From contig JBBTSD010000006.1 of the NCBI GenBank assembly GCA_038064835.1, positions 7,669 to 71,668 on the forward strand: DNA of 64,000 bases, in the 5' to 3' direction. The translations under genes and the position numbers were made by a program. The notes under the pieces are model-generated. The model searched no databases and was not told where the DNA came from. It saw only the letters and a program-made list of their open reading frames with translations. This stretch comes from Patescibacteria group bacterium. GTDB lineage: Bacteria > Patescibacteriota > Minisyncoccia > Phycocordibacterales > UBA2100. The stretch's first letter is position 1. Each line of letters opens with the position of its first letter. Below are positions 1-12,197 of the stretch, piece by piece.

Positions 1-120
1 TTTGGCATCGCTGCGTTTTTGTTATTTGCGGCGGTAACACCGTCAGCGCATACCGTTATCGCTAATGGTCAGGCACAGATAGCAGCCGCTCAAGTAGCTG
101 CAGCTGGAATAACCTGGTAA
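1..120 (+). CDS. 3' end of a hypothetical membrane protein (partial, runs off window start)
   Basis: Frame 1 is open from base 1 (FGIAAFLLFAAVTPS...AGITW) to TAA at 118-120; hydrophobic. Confidence 0.45.
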   Translation, partial: FGIAAFLLFAAVTPSAHTVIANGQAQIAAAQVAAAGITW

Positions 121-172
121 TTTTTCTGTCAGATTTTACGACCTGGGGCCCAAGATATGTTACGGTTGGTAC

Positions 173-916
173 ATGAATGCTGTTGTTATTCTCGCGGCGG
201 GAAAAGGGTCGCGTATGGGGGGCGAGATTCCCAAGCCTTTGATCAAACTTCATGGCAAGGAGCTCGTCTTGCATGTGCTTGAGGCGGTACATGAATCAGG
301 AATTTCTACAGCAAAACCATGCGTCGTGGTGGGGAATGGCAAAGAAATGGTAACGCAACTTTTGGGGGAGTCATGTACCTATGTTACACAAGAAAAGCTT
401 TTGGGTACTGGGCATGCGGTTTTGTGTGCGTTGCCGTATATTCCTGCCCAAGCCGAAAGCATCTTGGTGCTTTATGCCGACCAGCCTTATGTCTCAGCCG
501 CAACTATGCAGGTGCTTGTAACGACGCGGGCGCTTGAGCACGCACCACTTGCGATGGCAACCGTGTCAGTGCCTGATTTTTTAGAATGGCGTTCAGCATT
601 TGAGCATTTCGGGCGCATACAGCGTCACAATGGAAAAGTGAGTGGTGTGGTGGAATGGAAAGATGCCACAGAAGCAGAACGGGCAACCACTGAAGTGAAC
701 CCAGCGTACTTTGTTTTTGATGCCCAGTGGCTTCGAGAAATACTTCCCAAGATTGGTAACAAAAATGCCCAAAGTGAATACTATTTGACGGATTGCGTGG
801 CGCGCGCCGCAAAGGAGGGGAAAGGGATACCCACGGTAGTTATTGATGCCAAAGAAGCATTAGGAATTAATACTCGAGCGCATCTTGATGTACTTGAGAG
901 AGAATTTGGAAACTGA
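173..916 (+). CDS. GlmU-like nucleotidyltransferase, uridyltransferase domain only
   Basis: ILAAGKGSRM, PKPL, QEKLLGTGHA, NAQSEYYLTD and GIN motifs of the GlmU N-domain; 247 aa with no hexapeptide acetyltransferase domain. Confidence 0.85.
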   Translation: MNAVVILAAGKGSRMGGEIPKPLIKLHGKELVLHVLEAVHESGISTAKPCVVVGNGKEMVTQLLGESCTYVTQEKLLGTGHAVLCALPYIPAQAESILVLYADQPYVSAATMQVLVTTRALEHAPLAMATVSVPDFLEWRSAFEHFGRIQRHNGKVSGVVEWKDATEAERATTEVNPAYFVFDAQWLREILPKIGNKNAQSEYYLTDCVARAAKEGKGIPTVVIDAKEALGINTRAHLDVLEREFGN

Positions 917-927
917 AATAGGCATAA

Positions 928-956
928 AAACCCCTGCATCAAAGATGCAGGGGTTT
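928..956. terminator. Bidirectional intrinsic terminator
   Basis: AAACCCCTGCATC-aaa-GATGCAGGGGTTT perfect 13 bp stem between convergent genes. Confidence 0.85.
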
Positions 957-962
957 CGCTAG

Positions 963-2825
963 CTACGCGGCTTTGTTGCTGTGGTCGTCAGCAGTCAGAA
1001 TGCTTTCGACTTCGGTGCGATATCTGTCGACTTCGCTTCTGCCACGAAGATCGCGGAGCACCGTCCCGTGACCGAACACAAGGATGCGATCAAAATATGC
1101 AAGGCATGCAGGATCATGTGCAACAACGACGAGTGTTTTATTGCGGAGCTGTTTTAGCGCCTGGTAGAACCGTTGTCGTATCAGTGGGTCGCATTGCGAC
1201 ATCGGCTCGTCAAGGAACACATGATGGATTCGTGGATCTGTAGCACGATAGAGCGCGGCGGCTATTTTGATTCGCTGGCGCTGTCCGCCAGAGAGCCCGA
1301 CGCCACCTGGCCAGTCTTGGCCGATCTGTGTTTTGAGCCCCTGTGGGAAGATGTTGCAAAACTCCATAACCCCGACCATGTTTGCTGCTTCGGTAAGGCG
1401 AGCCTGATCGACAGTCTCGCCCAACTCTCCGGTGATTGCCTCTTCGACGGTAAAGTTTGGTACACCAGCATGCTGGGTCGACATGAGCGTGTGTCGCAAC
1501 CAGGATTCCTGGGTAACTGCGGATAGATCAATTCCGTCAGCGCAGACTTGTCCTTTGGACGGGAGATAAATGCGTGTCAGGAGAGAAAGAGCGGTAGTCT
1601 TTCCCGATCCATTCGCTCCGACAACAATGACCTGCTCGCCCGGACCGATGGCAAATGTACACCTGGTAAGTGCGGGGGTGCCATTTGGGTAGGAGAAATC
1701 TACGGCGCGCATTTCAATTCTGGCTGGCGAGAAAAAGACGCGATCACATGCGTCTGTCTCGGCAATCAGGGGTCTTGTTTCGAGGAACCGAGATAGATAC
1801 TGGAAGTCCCAGTAGCCGCTGTTGAACTCGGTCGAGACGCGTGAAATGCTCCAGAGCGCTGTTCCCAAAGACTGCATACTCCCGATAAATAGTAGGACAT
1901 GCGCAACTTCAATTTCCCCTCGCACTACACGCCATGCGAGATATGCAAAGGCGATGCTCACAAAGAAAAATTGAGTGCTACGGACTAGTATGTTCCACCG
2001 CGCAGTCAGCCAATCCAGAGATGCTTCTTCCTGCAAAAGAGTTTTGCTAAACTGCATGAATCGTTTATGCAGATAGGAGGTGAAGGAGAAGAGGCGGGTC
2101 TGCTCGACACGGTCTTCTGCGGTTAGCCAGTACTGATACTGTGCCCGTCGACGCCTCGTCATGAAAGTGCGCTCGCGCATCTCTCGACGGCGGGTGTCCA
2201 TGAGAAAGCTCTGCAGTGTTTGCGGGATAAGCGGCAGTATCGCCAAGAGCACCAAGACGGAGTCTAGAAATGCAAGGACACCAATCGCGGCGACAAGACC
2301 GGCAAGCGCCTGGACACTCGTATGTTGCGCGTGGGTCAGTTCACGAATCGAGTGTCGTCCGGATCGCTCGGCAAAGTCTTTTGTGTGAATGAACGCAGGG
2401 TCGTTGAGGCGACCCACATCGAGTGTGCGTATCTTCTCGACAAACAAAGAGTCGAGATGAAACTGTAGTCTGTCTGTTCTAAGAGAGTTTCGGTAATCTA
2501 GCCAGAGGGAAAATGCGCTTGTCGCCATAGTGTAGACGATGTAGATCCCCAAAAGGGGACCAATGAGACTCCAGCTTATGGAGTTTTTTGCGATCCCAGT
2601 GGCAAGAATATGTTGGAGCGTGAATCCGGCAACTGCAAAGGTTACTATTGATCTAAGACCGCCGAAGACTGATTCTGCCCATTGCGCTCGGAAGAGGGTG
2701 GAGTCGAGCGGACGCATGACCGCGTTTGCCTGTCGCACCGCGTGCGCGATTGCGCGTATTCGCCGAGGGATGAACTGTCGCGCGTAAAGTAAGTGCTTTA
2801 CACACTTATTATGCCAAAGAGACAT
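963..2825 (-). CDS. ABC exporter, fused transmembrane and ATPase domains
   Basis: N-terminal TM helices; Walker A GANGSGKT, signature LSGGQ, Walker B VFLDEP, H-loop; SD GGAGG upstream. Confidence 0.9.
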   Translation of the reverse strand: MSLWHNKCVKHLLYARQFIPRRIRAIAHAVRQANAVMRPLDSTLFRAQWAESVFGGLRSIVTFAVAGFTLQHILATGIAKNSISWSLIGPLLGIYIVYTMATSAFSLWLDYRNSLRTDRLQFHLDSLFVEKIRTLDVGRLNDPAFIHTKDFAERSGRHSIRELTHAQHTSVQALAGLVAAIGVLAFLDSVLVLLAILPLIPQTLQSFLMDTRRREMRERTFMTRRRRAQYQYWLTAEDRVEQTRLFSFTSYLHKRFMQFSKTLLQEEASLDWLTARWNILVRSTQFFFVSIAFAYLAWRVVRGEIEVAHVLLFIGSMQSLGTALWSISRVSTEFNSGYWDFQYLSRFLETRPLIAETDACDRVFFSPARIEMRAVDFSYPNGTPALTRCTFAIGPGEQVIVVGANGSGKTTALSLLTRIYLPSKGQVCADGIDLSAVTQESWLRHTLMSTQHAGVPNFTVEEAITGELGETVDQARLTEAANMVGVMEFCNIFPQGLKTQIGQDWPGGVGLSGGQRQRIKIAAALYRATDPRIHHVFLDEPMSQCDPLIRQRFYQALKQLRNKTLVVVAHDPACLAYFDRILVFGHGTVLRDLRGRSEVDRYRTEVESILTADDHSNKAA

Positions 2826-2934
2826 GTCGTTCCTCCGTGTCTGGAGCTCTGTTTCTCGGATATAACTATATCACACATATGTTTGCTGTCAATGAAATTC
2901 GTCCAATAATGCTTCCATGAGGTATACTTCTTAG

Positions 2935-3375
2935 ATGCGCAGTCAGGAAACTACATCTGGGTATTTGTTAGTGCTTGAGCGAGGAGAAGAACTCATAGAG
3001 GCACTCACTGGATTTTGTACAACGCAGGGTATACAACATGCAGTGTTCCAGGGAATCGGCGCGGTCGAACAAATCGAAATTGGCTACTACAATCGGGAGA
3101 GCCAGCACTACTCATTTCGAAAAGAGGAAGGTGTTTTTGAAGTGGCGTCGTTGCATGGCAATGTGGCACTCGTTGATGGTAAACCGTTTCTGCACGCACA
3201 TGCTGTTCTTTCGCGGTGCGACGAAACGCTCGAATGCATTGGTGCGCATATCCAGGCCGCGTCTGTTGCCGTCACGCTTGAAATACACATGACAGTATTC
3301 ACTACGCCAATCAGTCGAGAGCTCGACGAGTCCATTGGGCTAAAGCTTCTACGGGCAGATTCGTCGCACCTTTAA
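2935..3375 (+). CDS. PPC/DUF296 domain protein
   Basis: L-x-RGEELIEAL, GIGAV, FEVASLHGN, FLHAHA and VAVTLE pattern typical of PPC domains. Confidence 0.85.
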   Translation: MRSQETTSGYLLVLERGEELIEALTGFCTTQGIQHAVFQGIGAVEQIEIGYYNRESQHYSFRKEEGVFEVASLHGNVALVDGKPFLHAHAVLSRCDETLECIGAHIQAASVAVTLEIHMTVFTTPISRELDESIGLKLLRADSSHL

Positions 3376-3404
3376 TTTTTACTCATTTTGTATATACTCC
3401 CCAC

Positions 3405-4220
3405 ATGGAGTTGGCCCCGCACGATATAATTGCGACAACCACCGCAGTGGGTGGTGAGGTTGCGCATACTGCACGCGAGGGGGGGATTCATGTTGCGCTA
3501 GCCGCTGAGCGGCTCGGCACTTTTATAGGGATCCCCATAACCAACACCCTGGTCACCAGCTGGGTGGTCATGGTGGTTCTTATTGGGCTCGCATTTTTTG
3601 TCCGTCGGTCTCTTTCAGTGCGGCCAGGAAATCTGCAACTTGTTTTTGAGGAACTAATTACTGCGGTACATACCTTCATCCGAGACACCCTTGAAAGTGA
3701 TTCACAGGCACGCAGATTCCTTCCACTTCTCCTTACGCTATTCTTGTTCATTTTTGTTTCGAATGCCCTCGAGTTTCTTCCAGGTATCGGTTCTTTAGGT
3801 TTTTATCGCGGAGAGGAATTCGTCCCGCTACTGCGCAGTGTCAACACTGATCTCAATGTGACGCTGGCACTGACGGTCATCGCTGTAGTGGTTATTGAAG
3901 TCTCTGGTGTCATGGCGCTTGGCTTTTTCAAATACACCAGCAAGTTTCTCAACTTCTCATCCCCGGTTAATTTTTTTGTAGGATTTGTCGAGCTGGTGAG
4001 TGAAGTTGCTCGGCTTGTTTCGTTTTCATTCCGTTTGTTTGGCAATATTTTTGCGGGTGAAGTCCTTATCGGAGTTGTTTCTTATTTTGTTCCCTATATC
4101 TTGCCTTCAGGCCTTATGGCATTCGAACTGTTTGTCGGATTTGTGCAGGCAGCAATATTTACACTTTTGACTTTGTTTTTTATAAAACTTGCAACAACCG
4201 ATGTAGAACACGCACATTAG
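3405..4220 (+). CDS. atpB: F0 ATP synthase subunit a
   Basis: SFSFRLFGNIFAGE with the essential Arg; QAAIFTLLT. Confidence 0.95.
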   Translation: MELAPHDIIATTTAVGGEVAHTAREGGIHVALAAERLGTFIGIPITNTLVTSWVVMVVLIGLAFFVRRSLSVRPGNLQLVFEELITAVHTFIRDTLESDSQARRFLPLLLTLFLFIFVSNALEFLPGIGSLGFYRGEEFVPLLRSVNTDLNVTLALTVIAVVVIEVSGVMALGFFKYTSKFLNFSSPVNFFVGFVELVSEVARLVSFSFRLFGNIFAGEVLIGVVSYFVPYILPSGLMAFELFVGFVQAAIFTLLTLFFIKLATTDVEHAH

Positions 4221-4230
4221 TGAAAGGGAA

Positions 4231-4251
4231 AAGCCGGTCGAGGACCGGCTT
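4231..4251. terminator. Hairpin terminator after atpB
   Basis: AAGCCGGTC-gag-GACCGGCTT between convergent atpB and a small ORF. Confidence 0.7.
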
Positions 4252-4253
4252 CA

Positions 4254-4487
4254 CTAAGAGCTTTCTTTGAAGGATGCTTTTACTCGGTAAGCCCTGTGAC
4301 TGTGTGGGCGAGAGACATCTACTTTCTCTGGTTTTGGATGGTGCCGACATATGTCGGCTTTGTTATAGCCAGAAAGACGGGCTGTACATCCAGGAAAAGC
4401 ACAGTGCCGAACCGTAGTGTTGTGGCGAGGGCCACGGCCACTCATTTCACCAATCGAGAATACTTCCAGATAGATTCCTCGTTCCAT
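4254..4487 (-). CDS. Small basic Cys/His protein, possible zinc finger
   Basis: C-x4-C-x12-C-x2-H pattern (CAFPGC...ICRHH); SD GAGGA before ATG; convergent terminator. Confidence 0.55.
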   Translation of the reverse strand: MERGIYLEVFSIGEMSGRGPRHNTTVRHCAFPGCTARLSGYNKADICRHHPKPEKVDVSRPHSHRAYRVKASFKESS

Positions 4488-4753
4488 GGTTGTCCTCTGT
4501 ATTGTTCTGTCGAAGACTGACAGTAATACAAAGTCTGCCAGAGGTCAATGGCTGTGGATGTAACTACTCACCCATTTCCAGTGGTTTACCGCGGATTCCC
4601 CGCATGCACGATGCGGCGGATCCCTGCGACGAAGTCGACTCCTTTGAGCGAAAGCGTTTGCATGATGGTCATATTGACTGCGTGAGTCGCAGCGCCATTG
4701 TCGCTTCATGGAGGGAACGGGGGACATTGTATTAAGCGTGCTACAATGGGCAG

Positions 4754-6586
4754 ATGAAAGAAGGCAGATCGAACCCGAAATTAGCCAAAGCATTAGCGGT
4801 GGCACTGGGAGCAGTGTCGGCGGCTGGTTGCGATGTGCCGCAAGGTGGTGTTGCTACCCCCCCCGCACAAGTAGCAGAAGCTCCGGGGAAGGGAGCAGCC
4901 GAGTCTTACACCGAGCTACTCTTGCTCAAGTTGGATACGGAACATGGCTGGGATCGATTTGACGCTGAGACGAAGGTCAAAGCGCAACTGACGAAGATCC
5001 TCAAAGGCGTTGCTAAAGAAGGGAGATTGGAGCTTGCGAGGCGTGTGGCGGAAGAGTTCCCGAAAAACAAGATCGGAGAGCTTGCGGCTGAAAGACTCTT
5101 GCAAGAATATAGTACATGGAAGGTCTCCGGCCAGGACTGGGGTGTCGTCGAGAAATTAGCCGAACGAGCGCCATTCTATTTCCTACTAATAGCTAATGAC
5201 GTGGCTGAGATGCCGAGCGCGCCGGCACTCGTAAGGAAGACACTTTCTCGATGGGCCGTTGCGATATCATACTTCGACAAATACAACAAAGTGCCGGGCG
5301 CGGTAGACATTCTGATTGAAAATACGCGTAAGCAGGCACTAACGGACTACAGCGAAGCCGACGCGCTACTGGCATCCAACATTCTTTCAGATGCTGAAAA
5401 ACAGAAAATACGTGAAGCCTTGCCGTCGCGCTCGCGGCAGTTATTCCTTACGCTACTATCGTTGCAAAACACGCGGGCGGTTGCGGTGAAAGAGACGCTG
5501 GTGGACAACCCCGCCTTCAATCAGATCGACGACAATGTACTTGCGACGGTCGCCAAGCATCTAAAGAAAGACGCCGTGCCGTTTGGCGATGCGGAGCTCG
5601 AGGAGTGGCGGAAGGAGATCATCCCCGGCTATTATTCCGTGAAAGATGGTCTGGAGAAGAAAAGCCGCGAGGCCAAGGTCGCCATGTTTCGCGAAGTCTA
5701 CGAAAAGTACGGTGTTCATCCGCTGCAGCTGATGTACCGCAGTGCACATGGTGCGCAATATCTTTTTAATAGGGGGCAGAAATTCAGCGACGAAACAGCT
5801 GCGAAGGCGCTCGCCGTGATCGAAGCACGGCGCGCAGAGAACGCTAACAAGCCGATACCAAAGCATGCGGTGGTGCTCACGCATAACGAAAAATACAAGG
5901 GGGTCTCCGCCATGGCGCAACCTGCGAAGCTCAAAGCCATCGAAGATCGCGTAAAGGGCGAGGGAGGCACCTACACCCACATACACGGCGATGAACCGGA
6001 TGTGGTGGAGCTTGCGACAAAAGCCATCATCAATGCGCCCGCAGGAATGGTGCTCTACGCATTTGCACACGGCTCTCCTGATGGCATCTTCCTTCGCGAC
6101 GGAGGGCAGGATTTAGGAGGTGGCAGTGTCGCAACAACACAAAAGAGCAGATACATTTCGCCGGCAGCTTTGGCAGAAGCACTTGCGGTTCGTTATCGAG
6201 ACAAGAGCAAAAAACCCGAAGACGATGTGATTCTTTCACATGCTTGTTATCAAAGCGATTATGTTGAGGGGTTTGCAATCGAGGCGGCGAAGCGAGGGGT
6301 GTATATTCCTTTGTTTGCTGCGCCGAGTGAGCAGGGCACTACCGCTACAGGGCACGCCTCAACTCCACTGGGGACGAAGATAGAGGAAAGCTGGATAAAG
6401 GCAAAAACACGCGGCGACCTCTTTAAGCAAGAATTTAAACCGGACACCGCATCACATCCATCAATCTTTGTTCCAGACAAGACCATGCCGTTCACCGGAG
6501 CTCGTAAGCACCCGGTGCGAGGTCACACTCCGGCTATGATGCAGATTTCTGGCATCTCGACATATCAAGGGGTTGCGATTGGGTAG
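4754..6586 (+). CDS. Lipoprotein with C-terminal caspase/clan CD-like cysteine peptidase domain
   Basis: Lipobox SAAG|C; helical N-region; strand-AHG (YAFAHG) and strand-AC (ILSHACY) dyad motifs. Confidence 0.65.
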   Translation: MKEGRSNPKLAKALAVALGAVSAAGCDVPQGGVATPPAQVAEAPGKGAAESYTELLLLKLDTEHGWDRFDAETKVKAQLTKILKGVAKEGRLELARRVAEEFPKNKIGELAAERLLQEYSTWKVSGQDWGVVEKLAERAPFYFLLIANDVAEMPSAPALVRKTLSRWAVAISYFDKYNKVPGAVDILIENTRKQALTDYSEADALLASNILSDAEKQKIREALPSRSRQLFLTLLSLQNTRAVAVKETLVDNPAFNQIDDNVLATVAKHLKKDAVPFGDAELEEWRKEIIPGYYSVKDGLEKKSREAKVAMFREVYEKYGVHPLQLMYRSAHGAQYLFNRGQKFSDETAAKALAVIEARRAENANKPIPKHAVVLTHNEKYKGVSAMAQPAKLKAIEDRVKGEGGTYTHIHGDEPDVVELATKAIINAPAGMVLYAFAHGSPDGIFLRDGGQDLGGGSVATTQKSRYISPAALAEALAVRYRDKSKKPEDDVILSHACYQSDYVEGFAIEAAKRGVYIPLFAAPSEQGTTATGHASTPLGTKIEESWIKAKTRGDLFKQEFKPDTASHPSIFVPDKTMPFTGARKHPVRGHTPAMMQISGISTYQGVAIG

Positions 6587-6762
6587 GGGCGAGAAGTTCA
6601 AAAATCAATGCCTATCTATTTTGACAAGTCGGAAAACAAGCGCATTTTGTGGCATGAAAGCAGACCGCACTGCTAGATCCCGTGACAAAAGATCGTGTTA
6701 GTTTCAAAGCCCGTGTTTTTTCTGATTGCTGTGTTACAATCGCCGTACTTTAATCAGTTTAA

Positions 6763-6999
<237 letters not shown>

Positions 7000-7002
7000 T
7001 CG

Positions 7003-7458
7003 TTGAGTATGAGTGAGCTGTTTGCAACATTCGGCATCAATGGAAAATTGCTGCTTATGCAAGCGGTTAATTTCGGCGTGCTCCTTGGTGCGCTTTCTTA
7101 CTTTCTGTACACACCAGTGATGCGCGTGCTCGACGAGCGCAAACGAGTCGTCGAAAAAGGCGTCCGTGATGCCGAAGAGGCTGCCGCGCGCTTAGTACGC
7201 TCAGAAAGCGAGGGTACTCAAATCGTTCGTTCAGCAACCGTAGTAGGCGAGGGGATTGTCGCCACCGCACGAACACGAGCAGACGAAAAAGGTGCGCTGC
7301 TAGTCAAGGATGCAGAAGGGAAGGCAGAAGCCATCCTCAAAGAAGCCCACGAACGCGCCGCGGAAACCACGCGCAGGATGCGCCTCGAAGGTGAACAAGA
7401 GATTGCACGTGCAGCCATTTTGGCAGCCGAGAAAATTCTTATTAAAAAGTCTGTATGA
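7003..7458 (+). CDS. atpF: F0 ATP synthase subunit b
   Basis: QAVNF...PV-x2-VLDER N-anchor, coiled coil, operon position; start may be ATG 7009. Confidence 0.93.
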   Translation: MSMSELFATFGINGKLLLMQAVNFGVLLGALSYFLYTPVMRVLDERKRVVEKGVRDAEEAAARLVRSESEGTQIVRSATVVGEGIVATARTRADEKGALLVKDAEGKAEAILKEAHERAAETTRRMRLEGEQEIARAAILAAEKILIKKSV

Positions 7459-7835
7459 AATCTTCCGATTACGCTCAGGCATTGTTGACGCTCGTTGAGC
7501 GAGGATCTACCCCCCGTGACGCAGTTCAAAAACTTGTGAACTATTGCGAGCGCAAAGGGATCCAGGCGGCACTTCCGCGGATTCGCGGACAAGTTGCTCG
7601 AGTCGCAACTAAAAGGACAACATCGCGTATTGAGATAGCACGCGAATCAGATGCGCCACTGGCGCGTAAGGCCGCTGAAGTCGCCTGCGCCGAACATCAC
7701 ATACCAATTACAGACCTACCGATTGTTATCGACGAGACATTGATCGGTGGATCGCGCGTTATTGCCCAAGATATGCTTATGGATACCAGCTACAAGCATC
7801 AGCTTTTGAAACTCTATCATTCACTCGCGCGTTAG
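7455..7835 (+). CDS. atpH: F1 ATP synthase subunit delta (short)
   Basis: YAQAL N-terminus, DETLIGG...DTS C-terminal motif; lies between atpF and atpA. Confidence 0.85.
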   Translation: MKSSDYAQALLTLVERGSTPRDAVQKLVNYCERKGIQAALPRIRGQVARVATKRTTSRIEIARESDAPLARKAAEVACAEHHIPITDLPIVIDETLIGGSRVIAQDMLMDTSYKHQLLKLYHSLAR

Positions 7836-7844
7836 ATTTTATTT

Positions 7845-9407
7845 ATGACCCAAAACATAGTTGAAAAAATCATCAAGGAAATTGAAAACTTTGCGCCCAG
7901 CAAAGATGCCGAGCATATTGGGCAGGTGACTGCTGTCGGAGACGGAGTTGTTTCAATAGAAGGCTTGGGTAACGCAATCATGAGTGAGGTTTTGGTGTTT
8001 GAGCAGGCAAAAGGGAAAAAACTCGACGAAGCACTCAAGGATGCCGGCGAATTGTATGCGCTTGCATTGAACCTGGAGGAGGATGGAATCAAAGCGGTTG
8101 TTCTTGGAGATACGGCGCGTGTCACCGAAGGCACCATTGTAAAATCGACTGGGCGTGTGCTTTCAATCCCGGTCAACGACTCTATCGTTGGTCGTGTGGT
8201 GAATGCGTTGGGCGAACCTATCGACGGCAAGGGCACTCTTAAGGATCCTACATTTGTACCTATCGAGCGCGAGGCATACAGCGTTATTGAACGAAAGTCT
8301 GTAAATGTACCACTCCAGACCGGTATCAAATCGATTGATGCCATGATTCCAATCGGGCGTGGCCAGCGCGAACTTATTATCGGCGATCGCTTTACTGGCA
8401 AAACAACGGTTGCCATCGACACAATCATCGCCCAAAAAGCCGAAGCTAAGGAAACGCGCCCTATCTGTATCTATGTAGCAATCGGACAAAAAGAGTCCAA
8501 GACCGCGCGCATTGTTGAACAGCTTAAGGAGGCGGGTGCGATGGAATACACCATTGTTGTAGACGCCCCTGCTTCCGCTCCTGCCGCACTTCAATTCTTG
8601 GCGCCATTTGCAGGAGCGGCAATCGGTGAGTATTTTATGGACAAAGGCAAAGATGCGCTGGTCATCTACGACGACCTTTCAAAGCAAGCTGTTGCCTACC
8701 GTCAGCTTTCACTACTTTTGCGCAGGCCACCTGGTCGGGAAGCATACCCTGGTGACATTTTCTATCTCCATTCTCGCTTACTTGAACGCGCAGCAAAACT
8801 TTCCGATGCGAAAGGTGGTGGGTCACTTACCGCGCTTCCGATTATCGAAACACAAGAGGGGGATGTGTCCGCGTATATTCCTACAAATGTGATTTCCATT
8901 ACCGATGGCCAGATATTCCTTGACTCCAGTCTTTTCAATAAAGGAATCCGCCCGGCAATCGATGTGGGTATCTCAGTGTCTCGAGTAGGCTCGAGCGCGC
9001 AAACCAAGGCAATGAAAAGTGTTGCCGGTACTCTCCGTCTCTCACTTGCACAATTCCGAGAGCTTGAAGCCTTTGTCCAATTTGCACAGGATCTTGATCC
9101 AGAAACAGCCAAACGCATTGATAGTGGTCGCAGAATGGTTGAGGTGCTCAAACAGGGGCGTGGCGAGCCAATGCCTTTTGAAGCTCAAGTATCCGTACTC
9201 TATGCCGCAACCAATGGGCATTTCGACACTATCGCCATTCCTCGACTTCGGGAAGCCGAGAAAAGTTTCTTGTCGTATCTTGATGCACAACACAAAGCGG
9301 TTCTGAATGCGATTCGCACAGATAAGGCCATAAGCGATACCTCCAAAACAGGGTTAGAAAATGCACTGCAGATGTTTCTCAAAACACATACCGAATTGAC
9401 GAAATAA
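7845..9407 (+). CDS. atpA: F1 ATP synthase subunit alpha
   Basis: [27 protein letters not shown]. Confidence 0.99.
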   Translation: MTQNIVEKIIKEIENFAPSKDAEHIGQVTAVGDGVVSIEGLGNAIMSEVLVFEQAKGKKLDEALKDAGELYALALNLEEDGIKAVVLGDTARVTEGTIVKSTGRVLSIPVNDSIVGRVVNALGEPIDGKGTLKDPTFVPIEREAYSVIERKSVNVPLQTGIKSIDAMIPIGRGQRELIIGDRFTGKTTVAIDTIIAQKAEAKETRPICIYVAIGQKESKTARIVEQLKEAGAMEYTIVVDAPASAPAALQFLAPFAGAAIGEYFMDKGKDALVIYDDLSKQAVAYRQLSLLLRRPPGREAYPGDIFYLHSRLLERAAKLSDAKGGGSLTALPIIETQEGDVSAYIPTNVISITDGQIFLDSSLFNKGIRPAIDVGISVSRVGSSAQTKAMKSVAGTLRLSLAQFRELEAFVQFAQDLDPETAKRIDSGRRMVEVLKQGRGEPMPFEAQVSVLYAATNGHFDTIAIPRLREAEKSFLSYLDAQHKAVLNAIRTDKAISDTSKTGLENALQMFLKTHTELTK

Positions 9408-9409
9408 CT

Positions 9410-9760
9410 ATGTCTGAAGGAAAAAAAAGCCCAGCCGGACAACCAGCGCACACAATGAATGTAACACCCGCCATTCTTGCTCAAGTGCAGCAACTAAAGG
9501 AAGAATATGGTGAACTGGCGCACATGGATGGCCCGCACACAAAAGCATTTCTTGCAGAGTGTAGCAGACTCCTCCCCAAGCTTGTGGCGCATCGTATCCT
9601 GCTCGAGCGAGACCTTGCGGCACACCCACATCAGCCAGCTATCGAGGATGCCTTGGCTGAAGTAGTGAGTGAAATACAGATGCTCAATGAAACGCGTATT
9701 GGGCTAGCCGGACAGGCCCTGGAAGAACGGGCCGAAATCCCACACAACAAACTTCACTAA
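9410..9760 (+). CDS. Hypothetical helical protein inserted between atpA and atpG
   Basis: Fills the gap with 2-3 nt spacing on each side. Confidence 0.7.
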   Translation: MSEGKKSPAGQPAHTMNVTPAILAQVQQLKEEYGELAHMDGPHTKAFLAECSRLLPKLVAHRILLERDLAAHPHQPAIEDALAEVVSEIQMLNETRIGLAGQALEERAEIPHNKLH

Positions 9761-9763
9761 ATT

Positions 9764-10681
9764 ATGGCTGGTCTCAAAAACATAAAACTAAAAATTCAAT
9801 CAGTGGGGAAGACTCGCAAAGTCACTCGAGCGATGGAGGCTGTATCGGCAGTGAAAATGCGCAAGGCACAAGAGCGCGCACTGAATGCGCGTCCATACGC
9901 TGCTGCGGCACTTTCAATTCTTGAGCGCATTTCGCACGGGACTGATATCAAAGCACATTCTCTGATGCAGGCCCGTCCGGGGAAAACCGCGGTCGTTATT
10001 GTAACAAGTGACAAAGGTCTTGCGGGCGCACTCAACAGCGCGGCAATCAAACAGGCCGAGCGCGCGATATCAGATCGCAGGCTTACTCCCGCTAGTGCGG
10101 TTTTGTTTTGTATTGGCCGACGGGGTGCAGACTACTTTGCCACCCGAGGATTCGATGTGCGTGAACGGCGTGAAAATGTGAGTGATGCGGTTTCCGAAGC
10201 TGACATGCGCACTGTCACCGACGCTATTTTGGCTTTGCGCGAAGTTGGGGAAGTGGGCGATGCCGTTGTTATTTATACAAATTTTCTTTCCACCTTCGAG
10301 CAACGACCAGTCGTGCGACAGATACTACCAGTGACGAGTAATACTATTCGCGACATGGTTGAGGGTATTGCGCCTGTCAAAGGCAAATTCGCGCGAGTGC
10401 ATATCCCCATGATTGGCAGTAGTGTTGCCTACACTATCGAGCCATCGTCGCGAGAAATTTTAGATGCGGTGATGCCAAAAATTCTAGGCGTTGCCATTTT
10501 CCACGCACTTCTTGAGGCAAAGGCATCCGAACACAGTGCGCGCATGGTTGCCATGAAAAACGCGACCGATAAGGCGCGGGATGTAAGTAAAGAGCTAACG
10601 CTCAAGTACAACAAGGCGCGTCAAGCCGCTATTACCCGCGAAGTGTCAGAAATCACTAGTGGCATCGAAGCGATGCGCTAA
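9764..10681 (+). CDS. atpG: F1 ATP synthase subunit gamma
   Basis: TSDKGLAG, SEHSARMVAM, RQAAITREVSEI. Confidence 0.98.
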   Translation: MAGLKNIKLKIQSVGKTRKVTRAMEAVSAVKMRKAQERALNARPYAAAALSILERISHGTDIKAHSLMQARPGKTAVVIVTSDKGLAGALNSAAIKQAERAISDRRLTPASAVLFCIGRRGADYFATRGFDVRERRENVSDAVSEADMRTVTDAILALREVGEVGDAVVIYTNFLSTFEQRPVVRQILPVTSNTIRDMVEGIAPVKGKFARVHIPMIGSSVAYTIEPSSREILDAVMPKILGVAIFHALLEAKASEHSARMVAMKNATDKARDVSKELTLKYNKARQAAITREVSEITSGIEAMR

Positions 10682-10749
10682 CTTTCAGTAGTATATTATT
10701 CATGCATATACCCAACGAATCAATCTGAGCAAAAATTCGTGGTATATAA

Positions 10750-12195
<1,446 letters not shown>

Positions 12196-12197
12196 CT

